A program made the position numbers and the translations under genes. A stretch of DNA of 64,000 bases from the human T2T-CHM13v2.0 reference genome, Homo sapiens: NCBI RefSeq assembly GCF_009914755.1, contig NC_060930.1; one strand, 5' to 3'. Shown here piece by piece: positions 1 to 17,619 of the stretch; the stretch's first letter is position 1; each line of letters begins with the position of its first letter. Below the pieces are notes generated by a model. It was given only the letters and a program-made list of their open reading frames with translations, was not told the DNA's origin and did not search any database.

Positions 1-88
1 CTGTTTCTGAGAGTTCTCTGTATTCTGGCCAGTAGTTTGAATTATTTTACTACCTTTGCTCTGTGTTGAGAGGGTTGGACTGTCATGA

Positions 89-410
<322 letters not shown>

Positions 411-967
411 GAGGTGTTCTTTTTTAATGTTAAACTTAGGTAAAATATGTTATTTCAGATTATGTAAAATATGTTTAAAGCACATGCCCAAATTTTAATT
501 TTCATGCATCAAAAACACTGAAATTGACATCCTGAATTTTTTGAAGCATTTCAATAAGGCTAATAATTAGATTATTAATTCAAAATTCAGGCTTACTTCC
601 TGAATTAATTTAAAGTGTAAGACTTTGGAGTGGTTACTGCTCATTTAAAAATATTTTAAATTACATGTATATGCATATAAATAAATATTTGTTTGCGTTT
701 TTCTGTTGACTAGAGTAATATATGTTCTTTTTGGAAATTTCAGAAGATACAGAAAAGTACCAATAAGAAAATTAAAACTATTGAGAATCCCATCATGTAG
801 AAGTAACCACCATTTACATTCTGGCAAATAAGCTGTTCATTACCTTTTCTAGCTCAAATTGTATTATATTTTATTTTTAGGAGGACCTTTTATTTTTTTC
901 TTTTCCTTTTTTCCCCCAGACACCAGTGTTACTTGCCAACAGGAAGACATTTTAAATCCACATTTTC

Positions 968-1092
968 TTTCTGTTTATTTATTTTTATTTTTTATTTCTT
1001 TTCAAGACAGAGTCTTGCTCTGTCGCTTAGGCTGCAGTGTTATAGTGTGATCATAGCTCCTTGTAACCTTGAGTTCCTGGGCTCAAGCATAC
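968..1092 (-). mobile_element. 5'-truncated AluJ/FRAM fragment
   Basis: Alu 3' sequence with TTTA tail; TSD atccacattttc at 956-967 and 1093-1104. Confidence 0.85.
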
Positions 1093-3369
1093 ATCCACAT
1101 TTTCAACCAAGAATCCTGTAAACAGTCTTGATTATTTGTTGAGAGCAAGAGAGAAATATATTAAAAAGAATTAGAAGTTAATACGTGGTTTAGGATCATA
1201 TTCCTCTCTAATTTCCTCTTTTGAGAAAGTAATTGTAGTTGTTTGTAGATAGCTGATTAACTTTGAAGCATATACATATATTCCTCTGTGCCCATGACTC
1301 AAGAGTTTTCTTTGGGTTTCAAGCTCTGCAGTATTCTGACTAACCCAGTCTTCATGAAATCTTTTGACTTTGAGGGAATACCTTTGACTTTTGACTGGCA
1401 GCACTGTGAACCATTCCATCAGCTAACAAGGTTTTACAGTAACTGTCTGTTGACCAAATTAAATTGCTTCCCAGGAGTCTTGTTTGTTCTCTGTGAAGCT
1501 GTCTCTGTCTAAATCTTTTCCTTATAGAAATTCCTACAGACAAATCTTGAAGTAAGACCTTTACGTTTGCCATTTAAACAGCAAAATTCAAACAATGCCC
1601 TGGTGCAAAATAAGTATAGCAGAACAGAAATTATGCTGATTTGGCATAAACAGTATCAGATCCTCTCATTGAACCATCATGAATGTCTGCATCTCTGACT
1701 TAGCAACTGTGAAAGCTATTGAATTATAGGTTACTATTTATTGCTTGCTGAAGTCAAATGCATTGTTTGTCATTTAATAAGAGTAAGTGACGTTGTGCTG
1801 ATTGTAGCTAGATAGGTCGCATTGCTCATCAATGTATGAATGTGTATAGGTTGTTCACAACTCTGCATTCTTTCATTCAAGCATAATTTAAAGAGAAGCC
1901 CAATCAAGAAGATAACCCCCTTTCTAGCTGCCAGAGCTGTAGCTCTCTTGTCTATGACTTGTTCATTCTGCCAGACTTAATGGTTCAGACCTTTTTTCCC
2001 CCCTAGCTTTTTCGAGCTTACCAGGGAAATTGTAATAAATTCAGTGGGAGGAAATGAGCCAGTACATTAAAATTTTTCTTTTTTTTCTTTTTATTTACTT
2101 TTTCATACTGAAAATAATGTTTTTTTTCCTAAGGGAGGCAATAGCATGTGATAGTATGTAAATGGTTTTGGTTTTCATCAACTTTTTTTTTGAACTAAGC
2201 AGTTAAGGAACAGTGGTCACATAAATACACCTACCATTCTGTACAGACATGGTTTCTGCTTTTACAAGTGTTATATGGTATTTTCAAAAAGGCAAAATCA
2301 CTTAAGTCGGGAAATTAATGAAGATATCATTAAGATATTATGACTGCCTCAAAGAACATTTGAAAAGTTAGGCATACACAAGCAGTTTGTCAAATAAATG
2401 TTTCTGGATTAGAAGGAAAATTGGTTAATGCCCAACTCAGCCATCATTCTTTGTAGATATCTATTCTACCAGACAGAAATTATTTGCATCTCAATTAGTT
2501 GGAAATCTGCAAGTTAACAGGCAATTCAGTAAGTCTGAGACTTTAATCAAAGGTAAACTGTGTGGTGCATTGAGTACTTTTGCTTGGAGTGCCTTTTGCC
2601 TCCCCATATAATATTAAAAAGATGTACCCAGTTGTTTTTTATATTTCTAAAGTTTTGGAAATATTTTCTGATATAAGCAGGAAAAGAAAAAAAAAATAGG
2701 ACATAATGTTTTCGTTTACTAACAAGAAACAAGAAAATGAAGAGGAACATATTAGGAAAAAGGATGGATTCGGCAAGAAAGTTTTACTTTGGTAATGTTT
2801 CATGTAAAAAACTAAATACATTTCATATTATTTCTATAATAAACAACTTCTTCCTTTTTCTCCTGGTCTGTAATTAGGTGCTTCTCCACCTAAGTGGAAA
2901 AGGTTAACTTGATTGAATTCATGTCTTAGGGCCTCTGTTTATCGCACAACGGAGTGGGATGAATTCTTAGTAGAACTGTGATCTAGTTAGTTAACATTGT
3001 AGCAGATGACTTACTGAGTCATTTTCTATTTTGGTTCATTTGTGAGACACAGCTCATGGCACAGGGAAGGATATACAAAGTATTCAATGAATAATTAATG
3101 GAAATATGTGCTATAGGAATTTACAAGAAGAAGGGGACTGAGATGAAGATGCTAAAAATGTAAATAATTATGCAAAACAGCAGATGGGTAAGGGCCCAAA
3201 GGACTAGAGAATCATGGTCAGGAAGCATTTTTTTTCTCCAGGGAGGCAAACTTGCTGCAGCACCAATCCTCCTTTTGTCACCTAATTTAATCCTGGTGGT
3301 ATTTTTTTGGTTCTGTCATTGTTGTAGTAATTTTACTTGGTGGTGCCATTAAAAGTTAATTTAAATGGA

Positions 3370-4822
3370 ATTTTTATTGTAAATTGGCAGTTTATAATTA
3401 TACAAAGTTATGGGTCACAAAGTTATGTTATAATTTATGAATACATTGTGGAATAATGAAATCAAGCTAGTTAATATGTCTGTCACCTCATTGGAATTTA
3501 CTCTTAGCAAGTTTTGAAATGTGCAATACCCTGTTATTAAATATATTCATCATGCTGTGCAAGAGGACTCAAAGAAAGAAAAAAAATTTCTCTTAACTGA
3601 GATTTTGTACCCTTTGACCATCATCTCCTTATAACTCCCACTCCCCCAGCCTCTGTAACTACCTTCTATTCTCTGCTTCTGAGTTGGATTATTTTAGATT
3701 CCCCATGTGAGAACAGATGACTTTTTTCACTTATCATAATGTTCTCTAATTCCATCCATATTGTTGCAGATGACAGAACATCCTTCTTTTTGTAAGGCTG
3801 AATAGTACTCTATTGTGTATACATACCATATTTTCTTTATCCTTTCATCTGTTGATAGTTACTTAGGTTGATTCCATAATTTAGCTATTGTGAATAGTGC
3901 TTCAGTGGACATGGGAGTGCAGATACCTCCTCAGCCTACTGATTTCAAATCTTTTGGGTCAGTACCCAGAAGTAGGATTGCTGGATTTTGTGGTAATTCT
4001 ATTTTTAGTTTTTTGAGGAATCCTCGTAACGTTTTCCATATTTGCTGTATTAGTTTACATTCCTGCCAATGGTTTACAAGGGTTCCCTTTTACTCCATGT
4101 CCTTGCCACCACTTAATCTTTCATCTTTTTGATAAAAGCCATTCTGGCAGGTGTGAGATGGTATCTCATTGTGGTTTTGATTTTTCATTTTCCTAATAGT
4201 GAAGTTGAACATTTTTTAAAAAAATGTGTCTTTTGGCCATTTGTGTGTCTGCTCTTGACAAATAATGTCTATTCTGGTCCCTTGCCCATTTTTAAACTGG
4301 ATTTTTTTTGGTTTGTTTTCTTGCTAGTGAGTTGTTTGAGCTTCTTACGCATTTTGGATGTTAAACCCTTATCAGGCGTAACACTTGGAAATATTTTCTC
4401 CCAATTCATAGGTTGTCTCTGCATATTGTTGTTTCCTTGGCTGTGTAGAAGCTTTTTAGTTTGATGTAATCCCAGTTGTGTGTTTTGCATTTGTTGCCTG
4501 TGCTTTTGGGGTCAAATTAAAAAAAAAAAGTGATTGCCTAGATCAATGTCATGTAGTTTTTCCCATATGTTGTCTTCTAGTAGTTTTAGAGTTTCTGGTC
4601 TTATGTTTAAGTCTTTAATTCATTTTGAGTTGATTTTTATATATGGTGTGAGATAAGGGTCCAAGTTCATTCTTCTGCATGTGGAAATCCAGTTTTCCCA
4701 GCACCATTTGTTGAATAGACCGTCCTTTTCCCATTGTTTATTTTTGGCACCTTTGTCTTAAATCAGTTGGCTGCAGTTGTGCAGGTTTATTTTTGGGCTC
4801 TGTATTTGGCCAGTTTTTATTG
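3370..4822 (-). mobile_element. L1MA-type 3' fragment (3'UTR plus ORF2 C-terminus)
   Basis: ORF2-like peptide RQPMNWEKIF...DKGL (4269-4490) and L1MA-like 3'UTR; ends approximate. Confidence 0.9.
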
Positions 4823-4986
4823 GCCAAAATTATTTATATATTTAAAAATTTGGGTGATTCAGACACCTCTCAAAGCATATATGTTGGTGGCTAGACATAA
4901 TCCTGTGTAGTCTTATGGTAGGCAGCTACTTAAATATGTATTTCCTAAAAGAATCATTTGAGTAGAATAAAAATTATGGTATTATA

Positions 4987-5305
<319 letters not shown>

Positions 5306-6004
5306 TTAAATTTGTTTCGTTACTTGTAGGAATGACAAAGTTGTGAAAAAGCAGAAGAGTTCATAGATACATGTTTATTTTACAAGGGCATTTTATGTGT
5401 TTTAGCAGAAAGGTTAACATTTTGACTGATATATTTACCAAGGTTATAAGAAGGAAAAGCTAAAATTAATATTTCACAATTCTAATTGCTTTTGCTTGGC
5501 TCCTCTCTGCATAGTATGTATTCTGGTTTTTAAATATTTAAAATTTCATCTCCTCTGGTGTAAAGTGGAAATGAAATAATTTAGGGTGGCAGATTTTTGT
5601 TAATGATAGTCTCCTTGCTCCTTTTTTAAAGCAGAGTAATGCTCATGTTGTATCTTTCTAGCATTAAGAAAAATTATTTGCTGAAATGACAATTTCTTAA
5701 GCAGTAACAACGTCCAGAGAGTGAACATTTATAACATGCTGCTTTGTGTTGTGTGATAGATATAATTGATAATTCTGCTTTTTCCTGTTGACTAATTTCT
5801 AACTGTCATGATATAAGTCTTTCTGAAGTATTATTTTTGGTAGGTTCAGGCAGATTGCAGAAAGGCGGTATCTTTGTTTGCCAACATTCTCGTATAATCA
5901 TGGTTTGTTAGAAGTGGAAGGGATTCAGAATGATTCTAGGGTATCTCTTCATTTTCATAGTTGAAGAAACTGAGACCCTATCAGGGGACAGGGTTAGGAG
6001 AGGG

Positions 6005-6022
6005 GTGTGTGTGTGTGTGTGT
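6005..6022. repeat. (GT)n microsatellite
   Basis: Direct reading. Confidence 0.9.
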
Positions 6023-6596
6023 ATATGAGTACGTAAGAAAATAATGGGTTCCTACTGATATCTTCAGTTCCAACCTTGTATCTTGGAGTTGTTTGTAAAT
6101 ACCTCCTTTGGCAGGAACATAGCACCCATTATCCTCAATATATTTTATTTACACAATCAAAAATAATTTTCTGTATGTAGACCTCCCAGTTACACTGCTA
6201 TCTTCATTGTTTATCACCTCTAGGCCATCTGTGTTCCTCTGCCACTGCACCTGTTGCCCTGGGCCTGTGCACACCCCCAACCCTTTCTCACTGCCCTGTG
6301 TTCTTAGCTACCTCAGCCACTACGCTGATTCCCGCATACTGGAGACAAAAGGGAAGGCAAGATGAAAAGGGAAGGTTATACTTCTTTATTAATTCACATA
6401 GATTACCCTTGGCTCTGCCTGCCACATTTTCATGAGAATTTCTTTTATTTTTCAGATTCCTCTCTTTATAGTAGCCTGAGAATCTCTAGGTAGTTACTCA
6501 TTCTTAGAATTGGTCCTGGTTACTATTTTCACAGAAGAGAAACATGAAAATCTGATTACCAAAGGGGTTGTGCTTCCTGCAGTTCAATGTAGTCTT

Positions 6597-6613
6597 TGTC
6601 CACTAGAGGGAAG
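6597..6613 (+). promoter_or_regulatory. Candidate CTCF core motif
   Basis: tgtCCACTAGAGGGaag resembles CCASYAGRKGGCRS; 3' end deviates. Confidence 0.35.
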
Positions 6614-7111
6614 AACATTGTTCTCCCAGCAGCCTGACACACCACAGTAATGTATGTATATGCTGCCATTGCTGGTTCAGCATTTATTTCTGTTGGTGGA
6701 GTGAGGCTCAGCCATGGTCTTTCTAGTTCTGTAGTTACAGATTCTTCAGAATACACAGACACACAAAGCCATTTCTTGGTAATTCACTCTGAGGAGTAAA
6801 TAATTCCTCAGAGCCAGGGGATTGGTTGGGAGGAGTTTGCAGTTCTAGACAGCTAGATAGCATTGTTTCTGAAAAGACCTCTTGTAAAACTTTAGCATTC
6901 TGGCCCTTGAGCATAGAACAGTCCTTTCTGTTCTCAAATCTATTGTCTTAAGCCTTTTCCTACCTCAGGATGATGAGTAACTTTTTTTTTTTTTTTTTTT
7001 TTTTTTTAGAAGTAGTAGAAAACTTGCCTCAGAATAGCTTAAATAAGAAAGGAAATGAATGTGCTCAGATAACTGATAGCATGGGCATAGGCCTGGCACA
7101 TGCCACTTCTA

Positions 7112-7271
7112 TTTTTTTTTTTTTTTTGAGACAGAATCTTGCTCTGTCACCCAGGCTGGAGTGTAGTGGCACCATCACAGCTCACTGCAACCTCTGCCTT
7201 CTGGGTTCAAGCAGTTCTCTTGCCTCAGCCTCCCGAGTAGCTGAGATTACAGGCACCTGCCACCACGCCCG
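7112..7271 (-). mobile_element. Alu right arm only, no TSD
   Basis: Poly-T plus Alu right arm ending caccacgcccgg; flanks unrelated to each other. Confidence 0.9.
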
Positions 7272-9088
7272 GGGCTGCTTTCCTAGATACACAGAAAACA
7301 AGGTGGATAGGTGAGAAGCACTAGAAATATCCATTCAGTTATTAGTGGGGATTAGGTTCAGGGCTGTTGTTTAAGGAGTCCTTAAACTTTAAATTTCAAC
7401 ACAGGAATGGAGGTCCCTGTGTAAGGATTGGGAATGGGACCTAGTAACTCCTCCCTCAAGGTGAGTTGCGAGTCAGCTGGCCATCTCCATCTCCCATGCA
7501 TTACCTTGATGTATCTTCCAGTCCACCATCCACTTGTGCACCAGGCTGCACCTACCGTTCCATGATGGAAGGGAAGGTAGAAGTTGGGCTGGAAGGAGAT
7601 TTTGGTCCAGATCTGGGTACATTTACCCTTTTGGTACCTCTTGGGAGCAAGAAAGTCCAGGCCCTGGAGCCTTCCACTGACAACTCTTGGAGGCCCACCT
7701 CAACTGAAGCCTCACTTATAGCACTTTCATGAGATGCTGGTCAGGGAAGAGCTTCTGACTTGGCCCAGGTTAGTGGCAGTGCCACCAGGCAATTGCTTAA
7801 AATCTTCTTTCTGCCAAATCTGTAATGTATTAAAATATGTGATACATGAAAATTGAGAGTGGCTTTGGTTTTGCTGTAGGTCTGGACCTATTTACCTTTA
7901 TTAAGCTCTGGAGACTGACATATGATATTTTTAGATGTATGAGTGCAGATTTATGGAGATATTAGTTCTGGATTTAGTATGAAATGCTAAACCTGGTCCC
8001 CATTGTTCTCAAGGAGATGATTACAGAAGTGACACACATATGAAACAATTGAAGAACAAAGTAACACCTCTGTGGCAATTATTATTAAAGTTATTAGAGA
8101 TTCAGAGATCAGATCCTTCTGGTGCAAAGCTAAGAGATGGGTATTAAGCTATTCCTGAAGACGAGCCAAAGGTGGGTAGTTGGAGAGGAAAAGGAAGGCA
8201 GGCATTCCTGAGAGAATGAGCATGGGTAGGAAGGTGTGATGAATGAAATAAACAGTGGGAGAAAATGATCACATTGGTTTAATTGAAGCAGAATCTATTA
8301 GGAGCATAGAAATAAACTTGACTAGGGTAAGATACCGTAATAGAAGGCTGTAGAAGTGAGGCAGAGTAAATTTGTATACTGGGAATATGGTATTTGTGGA
8401 ACTATTAAAATCAAGCTTGTCAGCAATAGTTTATTTAAGTATAGAAAGAAGTTATCTTTCACATGATTCATTCCAAATTGAAGAAATGTTAGAGAATTAG
8501 GAAAACCTTCTACTTTCTCATTAAAATGACTAAAACCACAAAAACATGTATATATGCTTTGATAATTAATTGAAGGAAAAATCTTTATTTGGGATGCATA
8601 ACCTTTTGTTTTTGGTATTATCCCAATAGAGAGAAAAATATTCCCAGGCTTCCAAGAGTAAATTTGAGGGTAGTTCATTTTGGAGTGTTTATGAGTATTT
8701 GCTTTATTTACTTCTGGAAAGTGAAATAACCAAATCATCACTCAGTTTTTGAAAGTAAATTTGAAAGAATATAAAAATATTGCCTTCAAATGTGTAGCAT
8801 GCACTTTCTCCAGTGCCGATTTCTATTTATTAAGACAATGTTATATAGAACATTTTCCAGAGAAATGTTATTAAGGCATGTTCCTGACAAGTGATTTTAA
8901 TCAAAATGGATTAATTTAAAATGCAACCATTTTTATAAGATATTTTAATTTTCAAATCAGCAAGGATTTCACAGTAATGTAATGAAAATGGAATATTCCT
9001 TTAAAGTTTGTAGGTTTTTTGAGGCATCAACATAGTTTTTGAGGGTGAGAGTAGGATTGGCAGGGGGAGGCAGTTCAAAGGAATGCAT

Positions 9089-9759
9089 TGTTAATGGAAT
9101 AACCAAACTCTGTAGTACATTTTAAAGAGCTTTATTCGGAGCCAATATGAGTGACCATGGCCCAGGGAAGCACAGTCTCAAGAGGTCCTAAGAAAGTGCA
9201 CGCAGGGCAGTCAGATTATAGTTTGAGTTTTTACATTTTAGGGAGACAGGAGTTAATAAGCAAATTCATAAATTGATACATGGAGGTTATACATTGGTTT
9301 GGCCCAAAAGGTGGGATATCTTGAAGCAGGGACTTACAGGTCATAGGTGGGTTCAGAGATTTTTAAATTTGCAATCAGTTAAAGAGTAAAGCTTTGTCTA
9401 AAAATTTGGAGTTGGCAGAAAGGAATGTTTAAGATAAAGAAGTTGTTAACCATTACACTCAGTCAGCATCACTTATAGGGGTGCATAACTTAGCCCTTGT
9501 CTGGTGTGACATTAGGTCCTATTTATAATTTGGTATCTTATTGCCACAAAGAGTCTGTTTTGTCAGTCTTATGATCTCTGTTTTAACATTAATGCTGGTC
9601 AGTTGTGCCTAAACCTCAAAAGAAGGGGATGTAAGGAGGTGTGTCTGACCTCCCTTCTCATCATGGCCAAGAACTCAGTTTTTTAGGTTTCTCTGGGGTC
9701 CTCTTGGCCAAGGGGGAGTCTATTCAGACAGATGGGGAGCTTAGGATTTTTGGCTTACA
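9089..9759 (-). mobile_element. ERV1 solo LTR (MER4/LTR8 group)
   Basis: TG...CA termini; 4-bp TSD gcat/gcac; ctttattcggagccaatatgagtgaccatggccc motif typical of the group. Confidence 0.8.
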
Positions 9760-11598
9760 GCACTTTGCCTAACAACATTTGTGAGAATATAAGTTTGGGA
9801 TTGTATGAAATTTTTTTTAAAACAATCTTTAAATCAAATTGAGGTTTATGTTTCATTTTGATCAGGGATTAATTTGGAAAGTAAAAATAAAGGGTTGCTA
9901 TACATGTAAATTTCTATCTAAGAGATGACTATTTAGCCCTAGGTGCAGAATTTGAATCAAAGAATTATGATCAAATAATTTCTCATTAAATTGGCAAACA
10001 TTTGCTAGGAAAAGTCTTTAAACAGTTCTCTTGAACAATTAAAATTACTTTATTGTTCTTAGGCCCGACTCTAAACATGAGAAACTAAATCTTCTCCTTG
10101 TAAGGAGAATAAAATGGCAAAATGTGTCAGGATTATTCAATTATTTTATGTAAATACATCCCATTTACTTTGAGGAGACTCATCATACCTTTTAAAATGA
10201 GATCAATCAACACCCTTCTTAGAGTTGATTTCATTGAGCTAATGAACAGGTATTTTTATTCTTGAAATATTGCATTTTTATTCTTCTTATTAATGGCTTT
10301 CCCTGTGTATGAATAAATAAATCATTTCACTGCTAGTAGCTCTAAGTGCTTTCAAGCATTTAAGTGCTTGTAATTACTAAGCAAAGGAGTACTATAGATT
10401 AAATGTGTTGTAAACTACACATGAAAGCAATGTCTTTTTTATTATCTGTAACTTTAATGGAAAGAAAATGTTAATTTAGGGTAATGAAATAGACCTCCAA
10501 GTATGATCAGTGAATAGACCATTAGGTTAATTAAAATGAGGATATGTGTCACTGTTGTGGTGGAACTACCATGGTGGAGAAGACAGATTCATTTAGTGCT
10601 TGAATAGTAAAATTCAGACTGTGTCACTCTCAACCTAGACTGACTACACAAAGGAACAAGATTAATGACAAAGGTAACTCAGTTTTGTTTCATTTACTTT
10701 TGCCTGTCACATTACTTGTTATTCTAGAGAGCCTGTCCCTTAAAGGTGAAAATTTATACAATCTTTAAGAAAACCAACTAAATATAAATTTTGTTACTTT
10801 ATTATCTGTCATCCCAGGTGAATCAAACACCAAAACAAGATTTAAGTAACAGTAAGTTAATAGTAACGTATACAGATTTTATAACATAACACTCATAAAG
10901 CTAGCAACTTTATAGATTTGTAAAAAGGCAGTTGAAATGACCACTGCAGCTTAATAGTTAATAGTTCTTTTTGGTGTCTAGTACTCAGAAACCTGTTGGA
11001 AACTAATTTTGTGTAGTTTGATATCCATTGGCCAAATTACCATTTGAATTTACTAAAGAATTCCTTGCTTCACTACTGTGCCATAGTTTATAAAGGACTT
11101 TTTGAGTGCTCTTTGATTCTTGTCTCTGAAGAATCTTAGCATAATGCCAACATAGTGCCAACCATAATAGTTTTCCAGTTAAGTACTTCCTATTTCTATC
11201 TAAAAGGCTTGGCATGTGTTTAAACAAATATTAAGTTCAGTATGCTCTTGAGATTCTCAGTTTCCCCTGTCATATGGCTAATTTAACGTGTTAGTATCTA
11301 TTTGGGTTTTAGATTTAGAATTACTACATCTGGCCCGTTAGCCAAGCTAGCCATCATTGGTAGCTTTTTGTTTGCGATATGAAGCATGAATGCATGCAGT
11401 AAGTGATTTATAAAGCACGTGCTTTCCCTAATGATTTATATGATCAATCAGTCAAATATTTATTGAATTCTAGTTCTGAGTCCAGTATTGTAGTAGGTAC
11501 TTAAGGCTTGCATATACTATAGTATACTGTACTTTATACTTCATTCAGTTCATTACAGAATCTGCATATGTTTATAAAAGAATTGTTTCTTTCCTTAG

Positions 11599-11627
11599 CT
11601 TTACAAGTAAGAAAACTTTTTAGGAAG
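11599..11627 (+). other. Candidate 29-nt microexon (nested 8-nt and 4-nt alternatives)
   Basis: ttgtttctttccttag|CTTTACAAGTAAGAAAACTTTTTAGGAAG|gtaaga; TGCATG motifs on both sides. Confidence 0.5.
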
Positions 11628-11823
11628 GTAAGATTCTCTTCCTCTTTTGTTTTAGCCTCTTGATTCTGGGAAATGTTTTCTTATCCTTGCCTTATTTCTC
11701 TATTTTCCTGAAATTTACCCTGATGATATTTAGTAGGAGCTATTTAATGAGTTTATGTGTATTTAATGTTTTTGATGATGCATGAATGTTACCTTATAAC
11801 TAAGATTGATATAGTAAAATTTG

Positions 11824-12130
<307 letters not shown>

Positions 12131-12682
12131 TGATACAGTAACATTGTAATACTTATGTTAGGAAGTGAATCTTTATTCGATAATTGATTCACCATAAAAT
12201 TTTTCTGAAGAATTGACTTAGAACATTTCACAGGTCTCATTTTGTCCCACTTTTTTCATTTAAGGCTCATTCCAGCATTTAAAGAAAAGGAAAGAATTGT
12301 AAAGATTCTTAATAGGTCCAGAAAGCTGTAGCAGTGAAGGCAATGCTAGAGTATGAAAACTCTCATGAATTTATCCATAGGCCACGTGATATCCTTTGAT
12401 GTATCTGTTCTGTGTGTGTGTGTGTCTGCTTTTTTCTAACTACATACTGGCTTGTTCATTTCCTTTCTTTTTTTTTTCATTATACTTTAGTTTTAGGGTA
12501 CATGTGCACTACGTGCAGGTTAATTACATATGTATACATGTGCCATGTTGGTGTGCTGAACCCAGTAACTCGTCATTTAACATTAGGTATATCTCCAAAT
12601 GCTATCCCTCCCCACTTCCCTCACCCCACAACAGGCCCTGGTGTGTGATGTTCCCATTCCTGTGTCTATGTGTTCTCATTGT

Positions 12683-16550
<3,868 letters not shown>

Positions 16551-16598
16551 TTATTGTGCTCGTTAGTTGATGCAGTTTCTTCCTAGTCTCGATGGTCT

Positions 16599-17616
16599 TT
16601 ACATTTTGGCATGATTTTGCAGCGGCTGGTACCGGTTGTTTCTTTCCATGTTTAGCACTTCCTTCAGGAGCTCTTTTAGGGCAGGCCTGGTGGTGACAAA
16701 ATCTCTCAGCATTTGCTTGTCTGTAAAGTATTTTATTTCTCCTTCACTTATGAAGCTTAGTTTGGCTGGATATGAAATTCTGGGTTGAAAATTCTTTTCT
16801 TTAAGAATGTTGAATATCGGCCCCCACTCTCTTCTGGCTTGTAGAGTTTCTGCCGAGAGATCTGCTGTTAAGTCTGATGGGCTTCCCTTTGTGGGTAACC
16901 CGACCTTTCTCTCTGGCTGCACTTAACATTTTTTCCTTCATTTCAACTTTGGTGAATCTGACAATTATGTGTCTTAGAGTTGCTCTTCTCGAGGAGTATC
17001 TTTGTGGCATTCTCTGTGTTTCCTGAATTTGAATGTTGGCCTTCCTTGCTAGATTGGGGAAGTTCTCCTGGGTAATATCCTGCAGAGTGTTTTCCAGCTT
17101 GGTTCCATTCTCTCCATCACTTTCAGTTACACCAATCAGACATAGATTTGGTCTTTTCACATAGTCCCATATTTCTTGGAGGCTTTGTTCGTTTCTTTTT
17201 ATTCTTTTTTCTCTAAACTTCTCTTCTTGCTTCATTTTATTCATTTGATTTTCCATCACTGATACCCTTTCTTCCAGTTGATTGAATGGGCTGCTGAGGC
17301 TTGTGCATTCGTCACGTAGTTCTCGTGCATTGGTTTTCACCACCATCAGGTCCTTTAAGGACTTCTCTGCATTGGTTATTCTAGTTAGCCATTCGTCTAG
17401 TTTTTTTTCAAGGTTTTTAACTTCTTTGCCATGGGTTAGAACTTCCTCCTTCAGCTCAGAGTAGTTTGATCATCTGAAGACTTCTTCTCTCAACTCATCA
17501 AAGTCATTCTCCATCCAGCTTTGTTCCGTTGCTGGTGAGGAGCTGCGTTCCTTTGGAGGAGGAGAGGCACTCTGATTTTTAGAGTTTCCAGTTTTTCTGC
17601 TCTGTTTTTTCCCCAT
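16599..17616 (-). pseudogene. L1 ORF1, frameshifted
   Basis: ATG at 17616 (ATGGGGAAAAAACAG); ORF1p pieces in two frames (RNEQSLQEIWDYVKRPNL; ARREWGPIFNILKEKNFQPRISYPAKLSF). Confidence 0.93.
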
Positions 17617-17619
17617 CTT

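Noticed and set aside
6982-7007. Orphan poly-T runs (also 32656-32675)
   Set aside because: No retroelement body or clear TSD; simple mononucleotide repeats.
8322-8741. 139-aa ORF
   Set aside because: AT-rich, non-ATG start, no recognisable domain or splice context.
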